NCBI GenBank assembly: GCA_040954595.2
Contig: CM082591.2
Span: forward strand, 8,236,047 to 8,300,046
Direction of reading: 5' to 3'
Source of the DNA: Balanoglossus misakiensis
Taxonomy: Eukaryota; Animalia; Hemichordata
DNA length: 64,000 nt
Below are positions 1 to 10,100 of this stretch, piece after piece. Both the position numbers and the translations under genes were made by a program. How positions within the stretch are numbered: the stretch's first letter is position 1; every line of letters begins with the position of its first letter. Under the pieces are notes generated by a model. It ran no database searches, was not told the origin of the DNA, and saw only the letters and a program-made list of their open reading frames with translations.

Positions 1-79
1 GAAACAATTGCACAGAAAGTGGTTTACATTGAATTGCATACAGACAGACAGACATGCAGTTGGACAAGTACCGGTATAC

Positions 80-125
<46 letters not shown>

Positions 126-320
126 TGATAAACTGATCAACAGCAAGGCAATGATAACTTCACTTGAACAAAATCCTATCTACACACACCAAATATCGAG
201 GTGATACGCCCAGCGGTTTCAAAGTTTTTGATATGGATCGATGGACATCAAAAATTTACATATTGGTACATTCATAAGGTTCCAATGGTATGTATAAATA
301 TACCAAATGGGACCTAAAAT
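1..320 (+). mobile_element. Helentron-associated (HINE/DINE-like) element fragment with (CAGA)n
   Basis: (CAGA)n at ~81-122, caccaaatatc.aggtgatacg core and 3' stem-loop ataaggttcca...tgggacctaa. The same family lies inside each 1.77-kb monomer (e.g. ~14260-14610). Confidence 0.6.
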
Positions 321-567
321 AGACAATAGATACAGATAGTGGATCTTTAAAGGGACAAAGTCTCGTGTCTATAAGCAGGATGGAATTTGTGTGTGGTTGA
401 ATGTTGATTCACTATAAATTCACATTTAAAATAACATAAACGGTTTCTTGTATCAAACATAATTAATGGAAAAAGGGCTGCGAGAGAAAGACTTTGTCCC
501 TTTAAGAGTTTCAAGGTTAGCACATAAAATCAAAAGTATATCCAAACCAGGTAAACTGGACTCTTAC

Positions 568-668
568 CTGTATAGTCCATTGACAGTTAAGATTGTTGAA
601 GTAATTATCAGGATAACCAGGTGATGTGAATGATCCCTTTGGTCTGGTGAATATCTCTTGGCACAACA
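568..668 (-). CDS. Astacin protease exon 11: CUB2 N-terminal part (gene continues left of the window)
   Basis: (V)LCQEIFTRPKGSFTSPGYPDNYFNNLNCQWTIQ. CAG acceptor, GTAAGA donor. Confidence 0.92.
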
Positions 669-1230
669 CTGCAAGTGAAAGCGACAAAATGATCTATAGT
701 TACCCACGTGAGTCTGGTTGTGTATGTACAACAGTTCTGGAGTACAAACCTTGGTACAAAACCCCCAGCGAGTTGGAGTCTTATATTTAAGACTACACTT
801 ATTCTGGCAAATTTACATAGGTTTACACTTTGTGCTAGGGGGTCAAATCACATTATACTAATTGCATTCTGGGTAAAAAGTCGACAACCCACTGTAGTAA
901 CAGATAGAAGAAATGATCATATGTTTACTTTTTTCATGACTTCTATTGGTCAAACATGACTGTCTTTGTAGTTAGCATACTACAAATGTAAAACTCATTA
1001 AATTTTTTCACATTTTGTTATTTTTTCTATAACAAGTTTCAGAATGACCGAGTATCACTTTACTCTTTTGCTTATAAACTCCCAAAAATTGGCCATCTTG
1101 AAATTGTGTCGACCATATCAGATTTCCATCACTCACTTAGGTAGCTTAAAACCTATTTAAGGTAGGGAGAATTGTACAAAAGTGTTTTACGGTATTTAGA
1201 GTCTGCATGTGTAGAAAAACAAGTCATTAC

Positions 1231-1460
1231 CAGGTGTTGGTGGCACATTGACTGCAGCTGTGGTTGGCAGTCGAATTCCTCCAATAGGACTAGGGGTAAC
1301 CGCTCCATCAGAAACTATATTAGTGCATGTATTTCTGGAACTGATGGCTGCATACCAGGCTTTGAATCCTCGTTTAGCTTCTGAGAAATCTGACACAAAC
1401 ACGACTTCCATCTGATGGCCAGTGGATGTGAAACAAGGTGGCAACTGATAGCCGCAATAC
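1231..1460 (-). CDS. Astacin protease exon 10: CUB1 end and Pro/Thr-rich linker
   Basis: (K)YCGYQLPPCFTSTGHQMEVVFVSDFSEAKRGFKAWY...VTPSPIGGIRLPTTAAVNVPPTP, with the CG and FxSD...GF motifs. Confidence 0.9.
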
Positions 1461-1687
1461 CTAAAAATAATATTTTATATTAAAACAGTTAAAGGCAAAA
1501 ATTTTAATCTGAAGTGGAAGATAAGAGATTAAAGTAACACAACAAGAGAGCCAGATATCCAGACAATAGACAGGTTGACCAAAACATATCGAGGAATTTT
1601 CCACATTAGCCCGGCTTTGAGTTCAAACTCATGACGGCTGTATGAGGGCGCTAGACTTATGAAAAAGGTGCACTTGACAGCACTTAC

Positions 1688-1821
1688 TTGAAACCACCAT
1701 CTGGAGGATCGTCCATGTTCCTCAAGGTAACAGAATCATAACGACATGGATCTCTGAGATAGCTAGAACGTTCAAGTTCAAAGTCCTCAAATATGAAAGC
1801 AATTTTCTGACCAGGTAAAAC
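1688..1821 (-). CDS. Astacin protease exon 9: CUB1 middle
   Basis: VLPGQKIAFIFEDFELERSSYLRDPCRYDSVTLRN..., with the FxDFxLE and CxYD motifs. Confidence 0.93.
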
Positions 1822-2461
1822 CTGAAAGAAAAGAAGAAAAAAACAACATATATCTTAAATGTTTTGATCACTGTAAATTAGAGAAAAAAACACAGAATTT
1901 CACTGATGTAGTTACCCAGTTTTGTCATGCAAAGCGTACGAATAAACGGACAACAATTAATGTGAACTATCGCGGGGTATAAACTTATACCCTTTCTAAT
2001 GGAATTACAGGATAGATGTAGTAAAGTACAGGATGTGTTGTCACCACAAACAGAACAACATTTCAACTGTCCGGCACTTATTTGGTGTGTTCTTCTGGAC
2101 TTCAAAATACAGATATTGTAACCCCAGATTCACCCCTTCTCTGTGTACTGGTATACTAAAGGGAGTAATGATGAACTCTTACCGAACCCTAACCCTAACC
2201 TTAATCATCAAATATACCTGCTAACAAACAGACAAATAAACAATTTTAACTTTTTAGCTATTTTGGTGTTTACTCCATGTTTGTATTCATAAACAAACGA
2301 ACAAACAAATAACAACATAGTCGTTTGAGGGCGCTCCAGAGGTGGGGTGTGTGTGCAGGGGGCGCCACCTTGAACAATAGATTTTCCAGTCTACAGCAGG
2401 GCATGATCATATGTCAAAAAACTATATACATGAAGTGTGTGTTGATAGTATTATGTCATAC

Positions 2462-2559
2462 CTGTAAGGTCCAGGTACATTCTTGATTATGCGGATAGAA
2501 TGATGGGTAATTTGGGGATATGATCTCACCCCTATCTGCAGTCAACATTTCAACACAAT
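2462..2559 (-). CDS. Astacin protease exon 8: CUB1 N-terminal part
   Basis: (N)CVEMLTADRGEIISPNYPSFYPHNQECTWTLQ, with the CUB SPNYPxxY...CxW motif. Confidence 0.93.
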
Positions 2560-2942
2560 CTGTAGAAAACAACAAAGAAAATTCATATACACTGACAACC
2601 TATACATACACCTTTTCTGTCCACAAAAGTGTCCAGCTTTAAAGCCTCTAGAGCTGCCACTTTTTGCATTATTTTCATGATTTTATTTTCCAACTTAAAT
2701 TGGTCCATCTAAGTAAGCTTACTGATAGGTATACATGAACACCTTATCGATGCCTGATTGTGGCTGCATGTTGCAATTTGAACCCACTGTGTATTAAAAG
2801 GGTGCCGCACCCATTTAATCAGCCTCCATACAAACAGTACGCAGCTATCGTGGTATGCGTCGCCAACAGATGACAAACTGATGCAAATGCAAGTACTGTG
2901 GAAAACAATATATGTGAAATGTGGCAGCTATATGGACTTTAA

Positions 2943-3322
2943 AGGGACAAAGTGTCTAGTGTCTCTCCCTCTGCCCTTTTCCCATCAATAATGTTTGATA
3001 CGAAGAAGACACTGTTTATGTTATTCTACATGTGGATATACCGGTATAGTGAATCAACGTTCAACCACACACAACTTCCATCCTGCTTGTAGTATATGAG
3101 AGTAAAAATCTCGCCAAAATGAATAAATGGTAAACACCGATTATTCATTTTGGCCAGTTTTTCACTCTCGTCTCTACAAGTGGGATGGAAGTTGTGTGCG
3201 GTCGAACGTTGATTCATTATATATCTACATGTAGAATGACATAGATGGTATCTTGTATCAAACATTATAAGTTAATGGAACAAGGGCAGCAAGAGAGAGA
3301 GAGGGAGAGAGACTTTGTCCCT
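2943..3322. mobile_element. Foldback MITE family AGGGACAAAG... (TTAA-flanked, Kolobok-like)
   Basis: Long imperfect palindrome. Other copies at 351-501, 4068-4472, ~5260-5454, 6396-6745, 9817-10100, 24448-24722, 40044-40330, ~48179-48475 and ~52435-52720. Confidence 0.85.
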
Positions 3323-3363
3323 TTTACACTAACGCTTGATTTGATAATAGAACTATGACTTAC

Positions 3364-3492
3364 TTAAAGGTGCAGGAATATTACTGTTACCATCAATTTC
3401 ACAGAGGGTCCCCGAATAAGGCCATGGACAAACACACTCACAATTGCTTCCAACATAACCTCCATTCTGACACAACAAGCTTGGACAGTCAC
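3364..3492 (-). CDS. Astacin protease exon 7: EGF-like domain
   Basis: (G)DCPSLLCQNGGYVGSNCECVCPWPYSGTLCEID...; six-cysteine EGF pattern, phase 1/1. Confidence 0.93.
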   Translation of the reverse strand: MTVQACCVRMEVMLEAIVSVFVHGLIRGPSVKLMVTVIFLHL

Positions 3493-3787
3493 CTGAAAAA
3501 AAAATAATACTTCATGTAGAGTGATGATCAAACTTCAAAGAATAGCAAAAAAGTAGAATGTTATCCAGCAAGCAAACTAGCACAAACGGGTAGTTTAACG
3601 ATCTCTGAAATGTGAAGCTGATGGGTGTTGTCTCTTTACATACATAACTCAACTGCTAACAGTTGTATGTACTGTAAAACGAGAAGTTTTAGCGACAGAC
3701 AATTGTCACAATATTAACAGAAGTGACTATTACGCGAAGATTAAAAATGTCTGTACAAACAGACTTCTGATATTGTGACTCACTTAC

Positions 3788-3917
3788 CAACTGGGCAATT
3801 GTAAAGTCGATTTGCCAAAAGTATATCCAACGAACTTAAACCACTACGTTGTCCAATTTTCAGCTGGTCAGCTGGATTTTTTGTGGTAATTGTTTTAGCT
3901 CCATACTGACTGAAAGC
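3788..3917 (-). CDS. Astacin protease exon 6: end of catalytic domain
   Basis: AFSQYGAKTITTKNPADQLKIGQRSGLSSLDILLANRLYNCPV, with the GQRxxLSxxD...LYxC motif. TAG acceptor, GTAAGT donor. Confidence 0.94.
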
Positions 3918-4067
3918 CTATAAAGCCAATAAAACAAAATAAATGTGGTAAATTGGTGAAAACCTTATTTAAAATCATTAATGATAAATATATGCACAGC
4001 AATCAGGAAACCCAGTTAGGATTTCACACCTGGGATTTTCAGGATACTTGAAAGGTTCAGGCTTTAA

Positions 4068-4472
4068 AGGGACAAAGTCTCTCTCTCGCTGCCCCTTTTT
4101 CCATTTATTATGTTTGATACATACAAGACACCGTTTATGTTATTCTACATGTGGATATATTGTGAATCAACGTTCGACCACACACAACTTCCATCCCATT
4201 GCTAGGATATAAGAGAAACAACCGATCCCATAAGGTCCTATGGTAAAAAGCAATGGGACCTAATAACTCGCACAAATTGAATAAATGGTACAGAACTATA
4301 AATATTAATTTTGGCGAGTTTTTGCACTCTCGTGTCTACAAGCAGGATAGAAGTTGTGTGTGGTCGAACATTGATTCACTATATATCCACATGTAGAATA
4401 CCATAGATGGTGTCTTGTATGTATCAAACATAATAAATGGAAAAAGGGCAGCGAGAGAGAGACTTTGTCCCT
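4068..4472. mobile_element. Foldback MITE copy with a nested Helentron-like 3' end fragment (~4222-4265)
   Basis: agggacaaagtc...gactttgtccct; the internal cataaggtcctatgg...atgggaccta hairpin matches the end at 271-317. Confidence 0.8.
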
Positions 4473-4837
4473 TCAAGGTACCAGTCTACTCAAAATTTAG
4501 AATATTTTCATTTTCCTGATTTCTATATGCATTTAAAATATCAATGAATTTTAGATACAAAAATAACGAGAAAACTGGATGTTCCAATGCTACTTTTTCA
4601 GTTAGGAGAGTTTCAAATATTGTGGGAAAATGCTGAGTCGGCCCTTTACTCGAACTCCTAGTGCTATAGTTTTCCTTTGGTGAAAATTTCTGAAAAGTGC
4701 CATAGTGTTTTCTTTATATCCATTAATAACACTCCTCTTTTGGCACCTTGAAAATTTCAACAAAATGACAATATTGTCTTAAACACAGGTTTATCAAGAT
4801 TCTACAGTAAGGCTATGGAATTCACTTGCCTCTGGAT

Positions 4838-5053
4838 ACTGTAAAACACTTTATTTTCGCGAGTTGAAATTTTCGCAATATCGAGAGAGGCCACCGTTTT
4901 GCGAGTACCGGGTATTATTTTTCGCGTTCTCTTTTTTCATTCACTGCATCGTTATCTTAAAAAAAATTACGTGACTTTTTATTTTCACGCTATTTTGGAT
5001 CTTGCGCATTTCACAAAAATTTATTGCTCGTGAAAATAACCCGTTTTACAGTA
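4838..5053. mobile_element. TA-flanked MITE (tactgtaaaac...gttttacagta); similar copy at ~48754-48950
   Basis: Terminal inverted repeats with an imperfect internal palindrome. Confidence 0.65.
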
Positions 5054-5471
5054 GTCATTTAAAGAGGCAGGTCCCATATATAAATGGAATTAAGGGTAAT
5101 TATAGAGTGGGAAAATTCAAACTGCTGTGAGGGTCACTCCCACTCAGGTCCCGATTTCCCCAGAGTTTTCCCTGCTTGAAGTCATTGAAGGACTTTTAAA
5201 GACAAGCATGGATTGTCTGTGAAAATAGTAGGAACATAACTGTAATAAAAACGGCAAGAAAGGGACATTAATCGGTCTCTACCATTTATTCATTTTGGGC
5301 GAGATTTTACTCTCATATAATACAAGCGGGATGGAAGTGGTGTGGGGTTGAATGTTCCTTCACTACATATCCACATGTAGAATAACATTAACGGTGTCTT
5401 GTATCAAACATAATTAATGAAAAAAAGGGCAGCGAGACAGAGAATTTGTCCCCTTTTTATCAAATACTCAC

Positions 5472-5675
5472 ATAAGTACCATAGTGCATAATAGATTCCA
5501 AGTCATAAGGTACACCAAGGTCTGTACTAATTCCAATATCATATCTGTCAAAGTGAACTCGTCTCTGTGGTATTATGCTTTCATAGTGGACTGTGATGTA
5601 CTGGTCTCGATCAGGGCGTCTGTGTTCATGCAAGAATCCTATACAATGTCCAATCTCATGAAGGATAATCCCAAA
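5472..5675 (-). CDS. Astacin protease exon 5: Zn-binding site and Met-turn
   Basis: FGIILHEIGHCIGFLHEHRRPDRD...YDLESIMHYGTY contains HExxHxxGxxH and SIMHY. Phase 0 acceptor matches exon 4. Confidence 0.96.
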
Positions 5676-5782
5676 CTGAAACGAGAGCAAAAAAAGAAAA
5701 TACATCAGTACGAGCATCCAATGTGAAGAAAATTCCAATATCACTCCTGGCCTTGACTGCTCCAATAGTTAGAGACTGTTAA

Positions 5783-6183
5783 GGAAAATTGAAAGTATTG
5801 TTATTGTTATTTTTAATTGTGGATTCTCTATTGTATGTATAATGAAAATCTGTAATAAAATATAGGGGTCACCGTGCTTGTTTATGAAATACAGGGCCAT
5901 GAATTTAACCTATAATAGAAGAAAACTGCTGACTCAGCATTTTTCACCAATAGTTTGTCTATGGGCAAATTTTTGAACGCAATTTATCTCAAAAATAAAA
6001 TAGAGTGCAGTGACTCCTATATTTCATTTGACCAATGAATTTATATTTACTGGACTGAACTATGTGTAAAATTACGTGAAAATGACAATAGTAGAAGTTT
6101 GTTTTCTAGCGATTATCAATGTAATCCTATGGGAAAAAGACGGGTGCGTGCAGTTTTCCGGTTTATGTTCTGCGTGTATATCC
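5783..6183. mobile_element. Kolobok-like MITE (same family as 19197-19609)
   Basis: TTAA-flanked and colinear with 19197-19609; left TIR partly deleted. Confidence 0.8.
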
Positions 6184-6260
6184 TTAACTACCTACAGCCA
6201 TGTTCTTAATTGTTGCAACAACATATAAATTGAACGGTTTCGAAAGGTAAACCAAACCTT

Positions 6261-6298
6261 CGAGACCACTGCTCTAACCACTTGGCTATGATGCCGCC
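6261..6298 (-). repeat. tRNA-derived (SINE head-like) fragment
   Basis: Minus strand GGCGGCATCATAGCCAAGTGGTTAGAGCAGTGGTCTCG has A-box/D-arm features; no 3' half follows. Confidence 0.4.
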
Positions 6299-6395
6299 TA
6301 CACGTACATGTACCATGTGTATGCAACTCACAAACACTGTGTGTCTAAAGTTGTACTTCTTGGATGTGCACTGCAATAGTTTCATTGTCTTTTAA

Positions 6396-6745
6396 AGGGA
6401 CAAAGTCTTGCTGCCCTTTTTTCATTAATTATATTTGATACAAGACACTGTTAATGTTATTCAACATGTGGATATATAGTGAATCAATGCTCGATAACAC
6501 AACTTCCATCTCACTTGTAGACACGAGAGTGAAAAAAACTCACCAAAATGAATATAAATCAGTCTCTACCATTTATTCACTTTGGGGAGATTTTTACTCT
6601 CATATCCTACAAACAGAATGGAAGTTGTGTGTGGCCGAACGTTGATTCACATATATCCACATGTACATTGTAGAATGACATAAACAGTGTCTTGTATCAA
6701 ACATAATTTATTGGAAAAGGGCAGCGAGAGAGAGACTTTGTCCCT
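6396..6745. mobile_element. Foldback MITE copy
   Basis: ttaa|agggacaaagtc...gactttgtccct|ttaa. Confidence 0.85.
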
Positions 6746-7444
6746 TTAAATGCAGTTGTCAAAAACCTAAAGAGAGAGTGGTATTTTGGGAGCGACTTTT
6801 TCAAATACTTTTGGCACTTCTGGTATACAGTCAACATGGCACCAGTGCGAGATTCGCAATGGTTGTTCAAATGATAAACTCTCACCTCTATGCAGTGAAG
6901 TAGGGGAAGTGCCAATCTGATTAAAATAAATCAGACGTAGGGAATGGCGACGTGTTTTTTTTTATGCTGTTGACTAACAGTTTAAATAAACAAAAACTGT
7001 TATCTAATAGGGGGAAATGGATTTCATATACACAGAAAAAAGTATATTTCTAGTGTGACTTGATTTTAATGTGTTGCTATGGTAACACTTTCAGTTGCCA
7101 CCCGGTTGTCTTCAAGAAAAAATCCCATTTCACTATTGGTTTTTAATATCCACCATTGGGTGAAAGAATTGGCTCCTCAAACAAAGTCTACAGAATATTT
7201 GACAAATAATTGTTTGCCAGAGATGGAAGTCTTTAATGCAAATACAAGACGTAGAATTTCCAAAGAATGCAAAGATTTTTGTCCAAATACAGGAAGAGAC
7301 AAACAGCTCACAAGAACCAAAATAATTGGGAAGGTTCATTGGTATAATGCGATGATGTGTCCCAATTTCAGTTCAATATACCGATAATTGTCAGCTGTCA
7401 AAGTTACATTCATTCTCTTCTTGGTAATATATTGTGTTTAAGCT

Positions 7445-7458
7445 TGACCTTTTGACCT
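7445..7458 (-). promoter_or_regulatory. Perfect nuclear-receptor DR2 motif upstream of the TRIM ATG (also 22055-22068 and 37680-37693)
   Basis: TGACCTttTGACCT = AGGTCA-n2-AGGTCA, ~150-165 bp upstream of each ATG. Confidence 0.35.
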
Positions 7459-7607
7459 CAACTATCAGGTGCTCAGGTGATCCTGGTACTTGCTGTGTCA
7501 CTAAATTAAATTGATCATGTGACTGACGTACCTTGCCAAGTTTTTACACTATAGTGAACAGTGTGTTGCTATATGTGATTACAAGCATTTCGACTCGAGC
7601 TGCAAAT

Positions 7608-9560
7608 ATGGCTGCTGCGTTTCCAGGAGGCTCCCAGTTAGACAAAGTTCTGAACGAGCATGGTGAAGATTTACTCTCCTGTGCTATCTGTCTGGAGCTG
7701 TTTAAGAAACCCAAAGTCTTGCCATGTGACCATTCATTCTGTGAGTCGTGTCTGACTAAGTTGGCGGAAGGAAAAGGTCAGTTGAACTGCCCTACATGCC
7801 GTGAGGTATGTAAACTTCCTGCTGGTGGAGTGCCTAAATTGAAAGGTAGCTTTTTCATCAACTCATTGGTCGATCTTTATCAGAGACAAGGTCCCGAAGG
7901 ACAGGCCAAGTCTATGTGCAGTGTCTGTACAGATAATGGCGCAACTCACCAATGTATTGACTGCAGTGAAAGGCTATGCACTTTCTGCACAAAATCACAC
8001 CAGAAGTTTCTGAGAGGTCATAAGGTCATGACACTAGACGAATACAACAACACAAAATCGTCAACTCTCCTGAAGCAAAAAAAAGTCTTCTGCAGTGTCC
8101 ATCCAGAAAATGTTGTCGAAGTCTACTGTGAGACCTGTATGGTTTCTGCATGCACAGCTTGTGCTATTACCAAACACAACAAACATAACATCACAGATCT
8201 CCAAGATGCTGCAAATGACTACACCAAACAGTTGAGAGGTCTGCTGTGTCAGGTGACAGAAAAAGAATGGGGAGCAAAGACAAGCACAACACTGGCCAAA
8301 CTGAAGAGAGAGAAAATGATGGTCGAATGCCAGGAGGAAGAACAGAAAGTGAGACAGAAAACAGCAAAGGTCATACAGAAGGCACAGAGGGAGGAGAAAC
8401 AGTTGATTAAAGAGCTGCAGACAAAATATGGACAGAGAGTAAAGCAGACAGAGGCTCTAATAGATGAGTGGGAACTGAAACATGGCAACATTGCAAGCCA
8501 ACGCTGCTACATAGAGACACTGATGCATCATGGGACACCAGCCCAGATAATGGCCACCAAGCAGGAGACACTACATCACATGGAGGAAATAATCGCCATG
8601 GAAACAGAAATCGATGCCAGAGTGGACGTGGTGAAATTCCAGCCAGCTGAGGAGACCAAAGATGGAGGAATGCTGGGAATGCTTCGTGAAGATTCAGTGT
8701 CAGTCGAGACAAAGAAAGGCTTGGTGAAGACCATTGGATGTCAAGGTAACAAAGGTGGCCAGTTCTATGGCCCTTGTGGTATCAGTATTAACAGACACGG
8801 AAACTTTGTCACTGCTGATGAGGGTAACAAGAGAGTACAAATGACTGACAGGGATGGGAATCACAAATCAAGTTTCACATTTACTCAGTTTGCACAGCCT
8901 TTCACACCACGCGATGTTGAAATATCAGCTGATGATGAATACTTCATGACAGACAGGTTTAACAAACAAATAGTTGTGAGTGATGAGAATGGGTCTCTGA
9001 TCAAATGCTTTGGGAAAGAAGTCAAGAACCCCTTACGCCTTGCTATTAGTCCTGTAGATGGAAGTGTGTATGTGAGTGATTGGGATGGAAAGGTCAATGC
9101 TGATACAGACAAAGGGGGTCACTACATCAGGAAATACACACGTGATTGTCAGTACATCAAATCATTTGGGAGTTTTGGCAGTGGACTGGGACAGTTCAGA
9201 GGGCCTGAGTTCTTGACTGTTGACAGTTGCGGAGTGGTGTTTGTATCAGACAAGAACAACTGTCGCATTCAAGCATTTAATGCAGATGGTGAGTTCATGT
9301 TTGCATTTGGAGAATTTGGTGAAGGTGATGGTAAGCTTTATTGGCCAACAGGAATAGTGGCTGATAAAGCAGGATATCTGTATGTCAGTAACAGGGGAAA
9401 CAACAATGTGCAGAAATTTGACAACAGAGGTAAATTCATCTGTCGCATTGATAAACCTGAGGATGGGTTAGATGACCCACAAGGAGTAGTTGTGACAGAT
9501 GACATGGAAGTAGTGGTTGCTGACTTTAACAATCACTGCCTCAAAGTCTTTGCACAGTGA
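7608..9560 (+). CDS. TRIM-NHL E3 ubiquitin ligase copy 1 (RING-Bbox-Bbox-coiled coil-NHL, 650 aa, intronless)
   Basis: C3HC4 RING (CAIC...LPCDHSFCESC...CPTC), two B-boxes, coiled coil and about six NHL repeats (GQFxGPxGI...D.xNxRVQ). First ATG (aaatATGG) is at 7608; the ORF-track start is a TTG. Confidence 0.95.
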   Translation: MAAAFPGGSQLDKVLNEHGEDLLSCAICLELFKKPKVLPCDHSFCESCLTKLAEGKGQLNCPTCREVCKLPAGGVPKLKGSFFINSLVDLYQRQGPEGQAKSMCSVCTDNGATHQCIDCSERLCTFCTKSHQKFLRGHKVMTLDEYNNTKSSTLLKQKKVFCSVHPENVVEVYCETCMVSACTACAITKHNKHNITDLQDAANDYTKQLRGLLCQVTEKEWGAKTSTTLAKLKREKMMVECQEEEQKVRQKTAKVIQKAQREEKQLIKELQTKYGQRVKQTEALIDEWELKHGNIASQRCYIETLMHHGTPAQIMATKQETLHHMEEIIAMETEIDARVDVVKFQPAEETKDGGMLGMLREDSVSVETKKGLVKTIGCQGNKGGQFYGPCGISINRHGNFVTADEGNKRVQMTDRDGNHKSSFTFTQFAQPFTPRDVEISADDEYFMTDRFNKQIVVSDENGSLIKCFGKEVKNPLRLAISPVDGSVYVSDWDGKVNADTDKGGHYIRKYTRDCQYIKSFGSFGSGLGQFRGPEFLTVDSCGVVFVSDKNNCRIQAFNADGEFMFAFGEFGEGDGKLYWPTGIVADKAGYLYVSNRGNNNVQKFDNRGKFICRIDKPEDGLDDPQGVVVTDDMEVVVADFNNHCLKVFAQ

Positions 9561-9595
9561 AAGTGTTAGTGTCAGATCTCAATGTATCAACTGTA

Positions 9596-9773
9596 CAGTA
9601 AAACCTGTTCTAACCGGACACCAAAGTGATTGAGAATATTCTTCGCTTTGCAGAGTTGTCTGGTTTACAGAGGGTCTTTCAACATGTGGTTTTATGTGAA
9701 GGGCACTGGAAAGAGTGTACGGTATAGACAGGTTTCTAGATAAGACAGGGTTTGGTTTAGACAGATTTTACTG
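9596..9773. mobile_element. pogo/Tc1-mariner-like MITE just after the TRIM stop (in all three units)
   Basis: ta|cagtaaaacctgttctaacc...ggtttagacagattttactg|ta: TA TSD and CAGT termini. Confidence 0.7.
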
Positions 9774-9816
9774 TATTGCACGTAAATGTGGCTTTGATGT
9801 GAAGGTGATGGCTTAA

Positions 9817-10100
9817 AGGGACAAAGTCTCTCTCTCGCTGCCCTTCCTTCTTTCATTGTGTTTGATACAAGACACTGTATATGTTAATGTAGACACAAGA
9901 GTGAAAAATCTTACAAAAATGAATAATCGGCCTCTACCATTTATTCATTTTGGGCGAGGTTTACTCTCATATCCTACAAACGGGATGGAAGTTGTGTGTG
10001 GTCAAATGTTGATTCACTATATATCCACATGTACATTAACGTAAACGATGTCTTGTATCAAACATAATTAAGAAACAGGGCAGCGAGAGACTTTGTCCCT
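9817..10100. mobile_element. Foldback MITE downstream of TRIM copy 1 (also in units 2 and 3)
   Basis: TTAA-flanked TIRs; equivalent copies at 24448-24722 and 40044-40330. Confidence 0.85.

Noticed and set aside
2186-2201. Interstitial telomeric repeat (CCCTAA)
   Set aside because: Only about two units; too short to interpret.
6261-6298. tRNA gene
   Set aside because: Only a 5' half-like segment; no T-arm/B-box or acceptor stem follows.
7533-7607. N-terminal extensions of the TRIM ORFs in the ORF track (also 22129-22233 and 37768-37842)
   Set aside because: They start at TTG/GTG and carry an indel between copies. The first ATG in good context (aaatATGG) is downstream.
8720-9557. Diversity-generating retroelement-like mechanism for NHL variation
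   Set aside because: No template repeat, no intact reverse transcriptase, and the changes are not adenine-specific.
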